From Trichoplax adhaerens (lineage: Eukaryota > Animalia > Placozoa): a DNA stretch of 64,000 nucleotides. The notes beneath the pieces are model-generated. The model ran no database searches. It saw only the letters and a program-made list of their open reading frames with translations, and was not told the DNA's origin. A program made the translations under genes and the position numbers. This document shows positions 1 through 13,954 of the stretch, piece after piece. How positions within the stretch are numbered: the first letter of the stretch is position 1; every line of letters begins with the position of its first letter. The stretch spans positions 3,918,759-3,982,758 of the forward strand of contig NW_002060948.1 in the NCBI RefSeq assembly GCF_000150275.1, read 5' to 3'.

Positions 1-164
1 CGACGTAATTGTTTTATGCTAGCAAATACATTGTCTTAGTAGATATTGATTGTAATGTAGCGATTCGATTGACTATATAGTATAAGAAATTTCATTATAC
101 TATATTAATATCAAATAAATTATTTTTAGAAATTTAGTCAAGGAATAATTGTATATTTGGATAG

Positions 165-3100
165 CGTCCTATTTCAAGATGGTATCGTCACCAACATTGG
201 AGAGGTTAGTTAATAGACTGTATTTATATTTTGTCACATTAATAGAATTCGACCTTGTTAGCTAGTTCTGTAAATTTTTTTAAGATTATTACTGTTTTGG
301 CAGATACTGGCTGATCGAATTCTCAGTATTTATTGGCAGACAAAACCGGATTCGTTATCAAAAGTTATGCTGCAATCTAATTTAAAAAATTTCAGTGCAG
401 GTGCGAATGTTATCAACACATATTTTTTTGTATTTTTTTGACGATACATATCCCTGTATTGTATACTAAACTGTATGATTCTTGTATTGCAGAATGTGGT
501 GTTCGTCTTTTAGAGCATCTTAAAAGTTATACATCACCTGATTTTAAGTTAGTCCTACCAATCAAGGAACTATTTATTTCGATGAATATTAATTGGGATC
601 TTACCTTGCAATGCCTTTGTTTTTGCTTATAACAGATTTACAGACCTTGATAAAGCTATGCTTATATCGCAGCATATGATACTTTGTAATCTAGAAAAGG
701 CAGAATCTTTATTATCGGAATTCACCTGTGATCAGTTAATTCATATTTGTGTAGAGTATCCTTTGCTTTTAACAAATCCTACTGACCGATTAACATCATT
801 TGGGCAGGTAAGTACTGTATAATATATGTTTATATTAATAATACTATATTGATATACTGTATTTTAATTATGTAAATATAAATTTATGAATTTGATAATA
901 GTTATTACGTCGAAATTGTCCTCAAGCTGCAATTGATGGTTTACTCCTATTGCTTGACAAAAAAGTTGTTACGTTAGATGAGTCAATCAAGATCCTACAG
1001 GTAAGGTTATATCAATATCAGTTTATAATCTTATTTTGAGTTGTTATTTGGCTATTTAAATGTTTTAACTTATTTTTTCTTTTATTTTCATTTACTGCAT
1101 AACAATAGATTCCATGTACTGGCTCAATTAATAACCATACTCAATTGCGCATCTTTTTAGAACAAGTACTTCTCGGTTCGTATCACTGCATCCATAGTGT
1201 CTTAATTTATCTTGATGTAGCAGGAAGAAAAGTTACTGCTATTTCGATTGTCATTGCCTAAAAGATTTTATCTTTTGCAATTGCATTGGCATAGGTAAAA
1301 ACTATGTCAAATATTATGAAGAATGTGAGGTATGTTACTGTATGTTTATTTGCAAATCTGTGTAAATGCTTAAGCATATCAATTCTATATCGACAATAGT
1401 TAACTAATATAAAAACTATTTAGATACTGCTGATTGAGAGGTATTTATCACGGCTAGTGGAGAAACAAGTCTACGTTGCCCAATATCGAGGAAATACACT
1501 AAATATTGTTTCGGTATTTATACTGAATAAGAACAATCATAATTAATTTAAATATCAGGAATTAGTAAGAACCATTTTCTGACTTTAAATTTTGATAATT
1601 TTGGCAGTTTCTTGGTAATGGTCACTTTGCAAAAAGGTTTCTTTGGCTGGATAGTCTTCCACCTTTCGAAGGTCTGCTACTGTTGATATTCCTTTATAGG
1701 AAAATATCCGTAAAATTAGATTCAATATGGCTGTAGTTATTTTAAACGCTACTAGCTATTATGCTACTAAATCCTCGTATACCTTAATCATACTAATTTA
1801 TAGAGTAAAGCAGTAATAACGAAAATTAATTAGCCTTCATTAATTTATAACACCAACGACTATTACGGTCATTAGGCTATAATTACGGTAGCCTTCCATT
1901 TGAATGGATCAACATTACAAATTTTATTTGCTTATATAGCAAATTTATTAGAATATCTGGTAGGCTGAAGCTGAGATATAGTAATTAGCTAGAAATAATT
2001 TAAGCTAATAGTAACGAAGAGAAAGTGATTTTCATATTAGTATTTTAGATTTTAATATACTCTGAGTTCGAGTTTAGACAAGCAAATAATTAATTTTATG
2101 TTTCAGAGATGATTGCTTAAACTTAGTATTACTTTATTCTACTGGAATAGCAATGTAAAATTACATACTTTACTTGTGTAATTTCTGAAGAGAAAGACAT
2201 TAAATTTATTTATCTATTAATTCCAAGGTGAAGCGCCCGAACAGATACGTTGTAAAAGAGGAAAACGAGGACAGCCTATTAATCGACTATCAGGACGACA
2301 GCAATCGACAGCAGATCCACATAGTGATATTGAATGTTGCTGTCAGCTATGTTGTCAGATATTGCTAAAATTACAAGTAAGGCAGTGTTTTGATTTTATT
2401 AGATGATTCTCCTAGTATATATTAGAGCTACTTTTAGCTTAAGATTATCATTGACATTTCTAGTCCCTTCTGTGCTCAAAATATGTTACAACCAAGGCTG
2501 CAGATTATGTGTTATCGTACATAAATACAAACGGAAAAGAATTTCGAATACCATGTACTCTATCGTTAAAGCTGCTTTGCTTTCCAATTGTTAACCAGCA
2601 TCAACATGTAATGTAGCCATTAATTCTATTGTACATTTTTAAAAGTGATTTATATTTCTTAATATTACTCAATGCTTACGTAAACCGATGCAATAGGCTA
2701 CTGCACTATTACTAGAAAGCTGTCCAAATATTACCGTTAGCTATACCCAGGATATATTTGAAGATAAAACTGAACTGGTTGGTGATATAATCGAAACTCG
2801 AATGGATAGTACTTAAGTAGCATCTGTTCTTATCAATCAAGTGTTGTTAATAAAAAAGTTCTTCGTAAAAATGTAACGTTAGCCGCTAAAATCATGACGA
2901 TATCGATATACAAAGAGAATGAATTAGTGATTATCTTGATTTGAAAAGATTAAAATATGATCTTCAAATTACTTCTTTTTAATCGTAAATATTTTTATTC
3001 TTTATCAGGTTTAAAAGATACTATTTAGTCCAGTCATTAAGATAATATTTATAATTTGTTGTGAATAGTAATAATTGATGATATCGTAATATGGATAAAA

Positions 3101-3569
3101 ATTAACAGTAGTTATTAGGAGTACAAGAATGAATTTTGTTGCTATCTAGTACTTACTTTTATGTTTTCCAATGACTATCTGAAATTGTTTATATCTTTTT
3201 CAGTGGATTGCTTTATATAAGTCGCTTTTGACCAAATCAAAGATACCATCTACAAGCGCAGATAAAGGTATCTACCTAGAGATTTTGAAAGGTAAGATTT
3301 CTGTTAAGTTTTTATCGTTTGCTGAATGGATTGTAGATAAATAATACATTTATCAATAATCTAAAAATTTCGGCATTCCATCAGGTTTAATGGGGCGATT
3401 AGTTACATTTTTACACATGAACGAATTTCTGGATATCCTACCTGACGACGGATCAGTTAAATTTTTCTTGCCCTACGTTATAAGGTCATACCAATGGAAC
3501 CTGGCACAAGCTATGAAAACTGAGTTTTCAGAGGATTTAAATTCTTCAGACTGGGATTTTAATGTATGA
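165..3569 (+). CDS. HPS3: Hermansky-Pudlak syndrome 3 protein (BLOC-2 subunit), 3' portion of a multi-exon gene; 5' end lies outside the window
   Basis: About 14 GT-AG exons splice in consistent phase from 165 to TGA at 3567-3569. Translation includes GHFAKRFLWLDSLPPF, LLKLQSLLCS, LLLESCP and EFLDILPDDGSVKFFLPYV, which resemble the recalled HPS3 C-terminus (LSKLQSLIC, ILLERCP, DFMNVLPEDGTATFFLPYL). Confidence 0.85.
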
Positions 3570-5388
3570 TGATGGGGATAATAATTTATCAAAGCTTTAC
3601 CAACTTAAGACTCTAATTACAAAATACTTGAAATAAATTCAGTACTATCATTTTTGGTTTATACAGCTTACACGTTGTAATAACGAATAGTATAGCCATA
3701 TACTATATTACCGGTATTGTTGATATTTTAGCGAACTTGTGCTTAATATAATTATAATCAAAAATCTCTTTATTATTACTTAGTCTGTTAGGGTTTGTTA
3801 CTGTGATAGTATTACTGTAATTGCTATTTATGCAATAACATCTCTTCAATATTCCAATATGAGGCTCTCCTAAACTCTTCTATTTTGAATACATTTTATA
3901 GTGATCTTTACTATCGAGATATTAAAATCTCGCTAGCGTTATTTTCTATAGATCAAAATCCAGTATAGGCTCAATTAAAGGGGCTTAATACTGTAGAACA
4001 GTATATTCTCGAATGTTCATTACCATATTTTTATCAGAGGCATTACTACGTCTTATCAACATCGAATGCAAATTTACTAATGAACTAAAGGGTAACTCTC
4101 TTGCTTATAAGCACTTTAGCTTGGCAATATATATCATAACGTATAAATTTAAATTGTACCAGTGTAAAGGAAAAACTAGCTACAGATATTTATTTTTTGT
4201 ACCAACTGTGATACAGGTATTTATCCAATATACCATATCATTTGGCTGATTTAGACTAAACCTTTGCTAGATTATGAAATTCATCATTTATAACTTTGTA
4301 TCTAGCCCATTTTATTTTTGATATGCTTGCACGGCAATTAATGGGTGTAGATCTATCTGTCCAATGTAATTTCATCGAAGAAATTAGAGATTTAGATGTT
4401 ATGAAATCACGATGTATCAATTTGTATGTCTTATTACATAATACTTGTATGCTTATAATTATTTTTGATATCCTATATAACACAGAAACGAATTTACAGT
4501 ATTAGTGTATAACTCTAGCTTATCTGGTCTATATTTGATCGGCTTCTAAAGTCGGAAAATAAAGGCATAACTTTCCATTCCGCAGTACAAAATGTAACTG
4601 TCGTAATAAATGCAGTATGCAAAAATTAATTTTTAGAATCCAAATAAAATTCAAGAAGTATTACCTTTGCTATGTACGATTAATGTCGATACTAGAGATA
4701 AAGCTGGACTGTACTATTTCCATTCATAGAGCTTACATTAAAGTTTGTGGATAAGTGTGATACGGTAAAAGTTGGTAAACTCATCTAATATTACATATCA
4801 AAAGTATGATAGTTGATATTCCTATCAATCTGTTTTATATTAGATCGAGCGATGTCAGGAGAAGATGTACATATACTGTATAATACATGTAACGAATAGA
4901 CATCATTGGAATACCATATGTCAAGAGATACGCTACAGGGATTCATAATAGCTGAATTAATTTCAAAGTACAAGAACTCTAATCTCTAGTAAATTTTCTG
5001 TAAAAATTTGACTCTTCAATCTATGGATTAGTCGCTTATAATTTTCAGGACGATCGTAATAATCTATAAAAATTGGAACTTTATTAGAATATCAGTATGA
5101 AAATATCAAAATTTGAAAAAATTTTGTCGAGAAAGTTAGTTCAATTGTTGTTTTCGGTAGTTGGTAACAAAAATTAGATCTTTAAGAAACCTTTTTTTAA
5201 CCTAACTATCTACTGTATTTTGTGGCTGGTTATGAAACGAAATCTATACATTATAATTAAAGAATACAAGCTACTAACCTATACAGAAAAAAAATGAGAA
5301 TTTTATTTACAAAGTATACATCGTACAATGGCGTTTACTATACTAGTTTAACGCATAATATAAATTTGAACTATATCAGGATAGAAAC

Positions 5389-8300
5389 TTATTGATTTTC
5401 TGATTCCGATCCGGTAAAACTATTCCTGTTTCTATTTGGCATGCGATAGTAAACTGATGAGGTTTCTCTCATAATTTTCCTGCCTTCGATTGCCAGTTGT
5501 AGCTAAGTATTGGCAAAATAAGTAGAAAAGTTAATATTAGATTTAATCTATCTTCCTTGATCAGTTATCTTTCTACGAATTACTAAAACAGCATTAGCCT
5601 AACCTCTTTCAAGGCAACAACACCAACCAATTTACCAATTGTAGTTACGTATGCGTGCGATAGCCCAAGGATTGAAAATAACGAATGTGTCTATAAAATC
5701 ATACGCCATTAGTTATTAAGTAAAATAAGATAGTAAGGCCCTATCCATATCCTCATCTATTCATCATAAACCTTTTAATAATTACCTTATGGAGTGATGT
5801 TCTTTCGACTAACTGAAATGGGGCAGGATCGATATGACATTCACTAAAATCTATAGTTTCCTGCAGTTTTTCTTTATACAATTCGTGATCCTATAACAGT
5901 AATTTAAATTTAGAGTTGGAAATTATTACAGATAGTTCATGTCAACGAAATGGTTAATTATTTATATGCTATTTCTGGTAGAACACTAACCGTGGGAGTT
6001 AAATTGAATCCAGTTTCGTTTTCTTCTAAGAGTTGCTATAACACGATTATACATAAAGATAAATTAGAAAGGGTCATGGCTACAATTATAATGACTTTTT
6101 ATGTAATTCTTTAATAAATTCAAAATAACCTCTTGATCTTGAGATTGTGATCGAGAAATGCCTTGAAACAAATTTTGTAACGATGCTGGTACTATTGTAA
6201 ATTCCAATATAAAACAAACAGGAAGGTATTTTAAATTTCTTAATATTATAGGTGGAAAACCATTTTCGTAATTACAATCTTCTTACACAAATTGCTGCGT
6301 GAGGATTTGGATGACATGCGACGCAAAGTTTTGCTTACGGATGAAGAAATCTAATAAGTAAAGTTTTAGCAATTACCGATAGGAAACATACTCAGTAATG
6401 ACGGAAAAGAATCCAACATTATTTTTAACCAGTATTCTGCATTACCTCAACACTTGTTGATTGTGCTTGTGAGTTATCGTCGGAGATACCATTTCTAGGT
6501 TAATTAAGAGACAAATAATATCATTATAAAAATTACGTTTCCTTAGACGCTTAGTCCACCATTTGGACTTACTCTGCTCCATCTTTATGGTTGTCTTCAT
6601 TTTCATCATTAACAGTTGATTCTAGCTGATCGCGTTTAGGTTCTGTTGTCGGCTGTGACGTAGATACTTCTTGGGCGACTTTGTTGATATACCTTGCTAG
6701 TAGGCCTTCTAGTTGCTTACGTTGCAATGATCCAAGCAAGACCATTGAATCTGCATATGTATTATAAACTATTACTTTCAATCTATCATCATGTTCAATT
6801 AATCTACAGCGGTAGACTATAGATTGCAAAATTTACTCCTTTCAACATAAATAGTACTGTAGTGTTTACCAGCTGACTCTACCAGAGGAAACGATTTTAA
6901 CTTTGTGGTTTCTAGTAGCTTGTCCAGATCTTCGTAAGATGATTTATATGATAGATACTTTATATCTGTTCGCATTATATCGGAGACGTAAATATCGTAA
7001 GCCCTGCCATATAATGAAAATAGATTAACCAATTTATTGAATACTCTAACATCAACTTCATGATGCCTACTTGTCCTCATAAATTTCTGGTAAATAAGGG
7101 AGTTTCTTAATTTGTATTATACTGTCATAAAACGAAGGTTGCAATTTTGTAGCAATGGCATTCGAAATTAACACTGCAACCTAAAATAAGGCAGAGAATG
7201 ATGCATTTAGTATCTATTATAAGCTTAAAATATTAAAAAATTATAAAAATATGAATATTATTACGTTGTATGGTACCTACCATGACGGGAATAATATGAA
7301 CGATTTGACCTGTGTTTTCGAAAGCATTACAAGGAGCAGTTATATAAATGAAATCGTAAAATGTTTGTATGTTAAAGACATAAATTTCCTTTTGGCGAAC
7401 CTGTTAATTCAAAAACGATTACAGAAACAGAAATTGTATGGGTAACGCTACCCGCCAATGCCGCAGCACCAATAACTGCATATCCTCCAGGAACGATCGG
7501 TGAAAATAACCCGTCGCCGCTACGAATACCTAATGGAAACCACGCCGCCATTGCTTCTCCAATTAATCTTCCAAATGCAGCCCCTACCGTTTGCAATACC
7601 ACAGTATTAGTAGAGTGTTGACTTGCAACACATGTATTTTAACATACCTATTATGAAAACGGGTAAAACAACTCCACAAGGTATTGGCAAGGCAACACTT
7701 GCAGCCGTCCAGAAGAACTGTAAAATAAAGAAATTTCTTATCATTTAGTAGTCGCTTTGATAAATAATTGAATACCCGGGTAAAAATCATTCTGTTATAC
7801 CTGAAAGATGATGAAAAGTAACAAGCTAACGTAAATGTTAGGATGATCCCAATGATCTAATATCTTTTGAGCTTTAATGTTATCAGCATGACCCCTATAC
7901 CAAGTCGCGTTAGAAAATAACTCATCTATAGCTTCTTTAGGAGTGACCTGAATTTAAAGACATCAATTACAGATGGGAAGCACTATATGATACGAGTATA
8001 AATTGAACTATCTATTAGATCCACTTACAATAGATGCCATATAACGTCCAAGTCCCAAAGGAAATGTTAACGAAAAATAGATAAAACAGATGATAGCAGG
8101 ATAGAGAAATATGCTGCAAGCAACAAATTAAATAAGAGCATTTGTAAGAACATTGCAGAAAGTATCAAACAAGTTAGGATCAATATGAGGCAATTTCAAG
8201 GAAATGTAAGTACCTTTTGCGAAAAAATTTAGACACGACATTTTTTCGATACTTTCGTCGAAGTTCAATTAATTTTCGATGTAAATATACAAAAAGTGCT

Positions 8301-11300
8301 CCACTAAATCCGCTGACAATTCTATAATAAGCAAACGAAAATACAGTAAGCTAGCAATATAAATACTTTTGACACGATAGATCTTAAAGATTTTTCAAGT
8401 TTAAGATAGTAGTATTATACCCAATAAAGATAAATGCGAGCATTTCAGTCATATCAAAAGGAAAGTCAACACGGAAATGGGTGCTAAATAGCGCAGTAAT
8501 AGTTTCTATTAAGAGAAGAAAAAAAAGATAGATTATTAACAAAAGTAAGTTGCCATAAAATAGAATTACATAACCAATCCCATTTCGTTTTATCTATCAG
8601 TTATGTGATGAAAGTTAGACTTGAGACTATATGTAAGGTAATCATCTTCAAATATACTAACGTTCTTCACGATCCCAAACTGATAAAAGACGAAATACGA
8701 AAGCGCCGCAAACTGCTGAAAAAAATCCCCTCCAGTAATTTCTTACAGCAAAATGGGTTGATGTTACTTCAATACTGAATAAGACGCCTATAAACAAAGT
8801 TGACCAGGATCAAAACGTTATGATACATATAACTTTACTATGAATAGTACTTAAGATCATTTCAAAAGATAGTCTAACTAAATGAGTTTATTCTGAATAT
8901 TAAAAGAGAGGATAAGTACCTCCTATAGGTGCTGCAAAGTTGGATGATACACCTACAGCGCATGCTGCTGCAAGCAAATCCATGTTGTGCGATTCATTCT
9001 AGGGTCATGAGAAAGGTATCAGGTTACGACAAGAACTGAAAGTTGTAGTACCACTTGATGAAGATAATATTTTATCAATAGTATTGTAATTAATGTATGA
9101 GAGTAAAGCTAAATATTACCTTGTACAATCCTCGAAATACTCCCAATATACGATTCATGATAGATGCGACAATACTAGCTATGTGTACGAAAGGGCCCTG
9201 GCCATAATTATATGTTTAATTCAATTTTTTAGTGATATACAAAACAATACAACAATAGTATCGTACTACGTAGGTTTTATAGCTACTCTACCATGGAATA
9301 TTAAATCTATTAGGATAGCTCAAGCCTGTAATTTTACCTCCTTGCCTATTGGCATACCACTGCCAGCTGCAGCTATTAAACCAACCTAATCAATAAGCAT
9401 GTTATAATGTTAAGCAAGTTTTTAAAATACGGTTACTTAAAATGGTATTTCCCTTACTGGATTAAGCAGTATAGTAAGCCAGTGCATAATTTTTAGAGCT
9501 ATCGGTATTTAAACGATTATTTAATTGAGCTTAACTTACAGATTTAGCAATTAATGCTCTAAAAGAAAGATAATGATGGAGAGAGTAACCACGCATAATT
9601 GTTTTCATTTCTGGGATTCCCGATCCTAATTAAAGCCAACGAAATATACAGTAAAAATAAAGCAAGAAAACACGTTCATAGAGTATGTATAGATCTAACT
9701 AGCATGCCTACGCTATCACATAGGAAAATTTATATATTATATTATATATGTTTACGGCTGTAATTTACCGATAGCATGTATGGAACATAATTTGACAAAT
9801 CCAACGCTAAATAATAGGAAAATCATAGGTAGAAATACCCAAGCCAGATATTGCAAGAAACCACTATGTTTCGCAGATTGATAAGCTAAAATATGAGCTA
9901 TATTTGCATAAGAAAAATAGAGAGAATAAAATATAATAATCATTATAAGTAAAGTGATCAAATTGGAGTAAGTACAGATGTAATTTACCAGCTAACAGAT
10001 AACTAGAATATCAATTCAAACTAGCTATCATTAAAAAGTAAGACAATACAAATCTAGCAGCAGCTAGCTCTTACCATGTTGAATTTGTGTGATACAATAG
10101 TCTATAAGAAAACTTAATAATGCCATGATGATTCCAAGTACTAACAAATAAATCCAATCTAATCCGATATATTCGAAGATTAATTTATGAATCCAAGCAG
10201 GGCACTCTAGATGAATAATCCATTGTAAGAACAGATTAGCCTCATATAAAAATTGCTAGAACAGATCTTAGCCTCACAGTATAGATGTTATCGGCGTATT
10301 TTCAGTATATGATACAGTATACGAGAAATGTACGAATTTTAAATACTGAAAGAGTACTATTACGTTTATCATATTATCCAGTTGCAACGATACTAGTAAA
10401 GTATAATAACGTGTGTAATTGCTAAACTATAATTATCTAATACGCGTATATATAAGGCATGCTGTAGTTTAATATTTATTACTTACTAGAACAATTATCA
10501 CGGCTATAACGTGAAATTGGAGTAGTTTGGATATGAATTTCTCCATCGTCGTCATTGTCGTCTGTACGATTTCTGTGTAACTGATTGGTTTGTTCACGAG
10601 CAAAGGCTTGTAATTCATTGGTAAATCGCCCATATACCTAATAATATTTTAAACACGCAGGAATAGGGAAAATTTAAATAGGCATTTCATTCGGAAAAAT
10701 CAGATATCAATATCCTTATGCTCCTACAAGAATGACAACAAATTTTCTCGAATTCTCTCAACATAAAGTAATTTATCGTCATTGATGTCAACTTTCATTT
10801 ATTGCTATAGTTTCATTATGACGGCTCTTGTAGAATTCGTTCAAAATGAAGTAGTTCTTCGTCATCGATGAGTACTTATACTTATTGGTACAGCTTATTT
10901 TATGACAGTTCTTCTTGAACTTTTTAGAATAAAATAATTTTTCGTCATCGATGTCAACTTGTAACTTATTGCTATAGTTTAATTATGACAGCTATTGTAA
11001 ATTCTTTCAAAATAAAGTCATTTTTCGTTACCGATGTCTACTTTTTACTCATGACTACAGCTTAATTTACGACGGCTCCTTGAAATTTTTCGTCATGGAT
11101 GTGTTTTTTGACTCATTACTGTACCATCCTTACAGCCTGTTTGGCAATTATTTACATTACAGTTTTTAATTAGTGTATTGGTTTATAGTTGTTGTTGGAT
11201 CATGAGTTGATAAATCGGATGATCATGGGCTTTATAGGAAGAGGATGCAAGATTACGATAGTTTTCATCTACGCCTACGATGAATTGACTTCAAGTTAAT

Positions 11301-13483
11301 TATCGCCTTGATCTATCATCATCGTCGTAGAGTAATACATATTACACAATAGTGTATGATCATGGTCGAGATAGATTATATCATATTATTGAGGAGCACT
11401 AAAAGTTCGTAGTAAAGCGAAAGACCGCCATCAAGGTTAACTGTACTGTCAACTATTTCAAGCTATACCCAAAAATGGCTTCTATCCGTCATCAATTGTG
11501 CTGGCAACAAGACGTAAAGTAAACCAAGTGAAAACAGCCAAAATCAAACAACAGCCATTCAAGCTCTACTATACAATTTCCATACGGCCCTAAGGATATC
11601 CATTATTCATCCATGGCAAGAGAACAATCATCAAAATCATTATTTACTTGAATATTAAATTCTGTCATCTAATGGAAGACATTCCTTGTCATGGCTATTG
11701 TATGCATTACCAAATACATGTCGTGTGTATTCGTTTGAATCCTTTCAAGGGGATAAAATGCCAATAAAACAGCGACAGAGCAATAAATTTGGAAGTGATC
11801 ATTTGTCATGTAGGAAGAGATGCCAACAATATCTGTCTCTTCCTTTAATTAAAGACAACATGAAGATTGGTTCATGCTGAGTTGATTCATAGTTACTTAG
11901 CAAGACGAGTAGATCAATCATTGTTTAACGCCGAGGAGTAAAAGTTTATCATGGAATAATTAATTCATAACGAGCTGTGCATGATTGTAAGTACGTATTC
12001 ATTCTTATTTCAATAAGTAAGTTAATTAAATGGAGACGATCAGAAGAATTGGATAAAGACGTTCAGCTTAGCTTACACCAACATCAATTCACGACAGTTA
12101 TTAATAATAACAACAAGGCACATAATAACTATTATTTACCAATTAATGCATCCCTATTCTAAATCATAACAAATTAATATACGTAGTATAAAATGCTACA
12201 CGAGTCTCTAAGTTTATCAGGATATCTCATGTTAAGCAGATGATATTATTTCCACCAGGATGGTGGAAAAGGGAAGATTTTCACGTTGATACAGGCTAGT
12301 CTAGTTTAAGACGTATGAGAAATTTCAGCCCTTGTACCACGTAGTTATATCAGGATTAGTTTGGGTAAGATTGTGAGTCGTCTCTGAATGTAAAAAGAAT
12401 CTAGATAATTTAGCAGTTATGATAACATGAAGGTTATTCAACCGATGAAGATCTACGCGTATCTTGACACTATACTAACATCCTAATCGAAGGAAAACAA
12501 AGTCGACTACTCATGGGCTTGCAAGGGCTACTTAGAGTAAAGATTAGATGTGGTCGATCTCAAGCTTGGAGATTTTCTAGCTCAACTCATTATCTCCACC
12601 TAGCAGTTAAGATAATACGAAAGTTCTGTACAGTTGATGGAGATCAATGTTAATAGCGTGGAAGGAAAATAAATGCTGACGGAACTAGAGGATTCGAGTA
12701 AATGCTGGATGCAGTCGAGCTAGAATCCCAAAATAACCCGGAATCAGTTCAATCTAAATGAATTTTAATCTTGTATCTTTGAGTATTATCGATTGATTTG
12801 AAAACGATAATACTGTACTTTAGAAACTGGCTATTTTAATTCCAAATGTTATCCATCATCTATTCTATCTATAGCAAGACTTTAGGTAGTAAATGATGAC
12901 TTCACATTGGATTTCATCTCTTCCTTCCGTGATGGTGGGACGAGTTATCTCGGGCTGGCACCGATACCGACTGTTTACCATCAGCAAGCTGTATCTCTAT
13001 GGTATGCACTGGTTTTACGGCTTTACAAACAGGATTTACAGATACAACAAATGCATTAATGTTATAACAATCTAGACTATGCCGTAGTGGCATTACTTTA
13101 GCTGGAATGCTATAAGAAAATAACATTGATCAAGTAAACATGTTGTGGAAAAGACGATCGCTCTAGAAAGCGTTGATAGCAAAGATACGATGGGATTGTT
13201 TACGCTTATGATCCGCTCCCCTTTTCAACATTCAAGCTCGATTTGGTGATTGATCATGACTGAACTACTCTCCACTCAATACAACTGTAATGATCGCTAA
13301 TACTGTAAATCATCAAGATTGGGATATTTTAAAGTACTTTATTTCAACTCTTATAGTGATGGAAAGTCGAAGGCCACTAGAGGATGAAAATCAACCCGAT
13401 TAATCAATCTATCCATCAATCAATTGGACATGATTACATACCAATGTTTGCTCATAGTTGTATCCCTCTTCTTGCGTTGCCAT
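5389..13483 (-). CDS. CLCN2: CLC voltage-gated chloride channel, ClC-2-like, with two CBS domains; more than 20 exons
   Basis: First coding exon 13483-13442 ([14 protein letters not shown]|gt) splices in phase 0 to [15 protein letters not shown] at ~10637. Downstream motifs: GSGIPE, GKE|[17 protein letters not shown] (Val at the inner proton-glutamate position, i.e. channel clade), [55 protein letters not shown]. Stop TAA at 5391-5389. Confidence 0.95.
10772..11125. repeat. Degenerate 83-bp tandem repeat, ~4.5 copies, in intron 1 of the ClC gene
   Basis: Anchor CGT(C/T)A recurs at 10777, 10860, 10943, 11026 (83-bp period) and 11091. The period is not a multiple of 3. Confidence 0.85.
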
Positions 13484-13954
13484 TCCAGATAGGATGATTA
13501 AGGATAGATCATGGATCGATGATGGCTAGAATAGAGGAAATCAGTGGATAAGAGCAATAAAATGGATCAAAATTGCCAATGGATGACTAATTAGCAGGAC
13601 TGGTTCTATCCTGCCTCGAAAAAAATGACGACGACTATGCCAGAGCTACAGTATAAAACTTCTCTGAGATGGTTGCCGTACTGTAAACTGCTGTGCAGAT
13701 ATATTGTCATGTATGTATATCCATTTTATTCTATAGTGATAGTGGGTAAACGATACCTATATCAGACTGGAGCTTTGGTTGACCACTTATTTTGCACAGG
13801 ATTGTCTCCCGTCACCGCAATGGTACTGTACACTGTACAGCACAGTGCTCAAATCGCCAACTAGTATTGCATACTGTAGAGCTTGACTGTAGCATTCAAT
13901 AGCGCTTACGCATAGAAATTATAGTGTAAAAACTGGCTCTATGGAGTAGCATGT

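Noticed and set aside
7004-7080. Apparent premature stop after [11 protein letters not shown] in the ClC gene
   Set aside because: A phase-2 intron (AA|gtaggc...cag|G) removes it.
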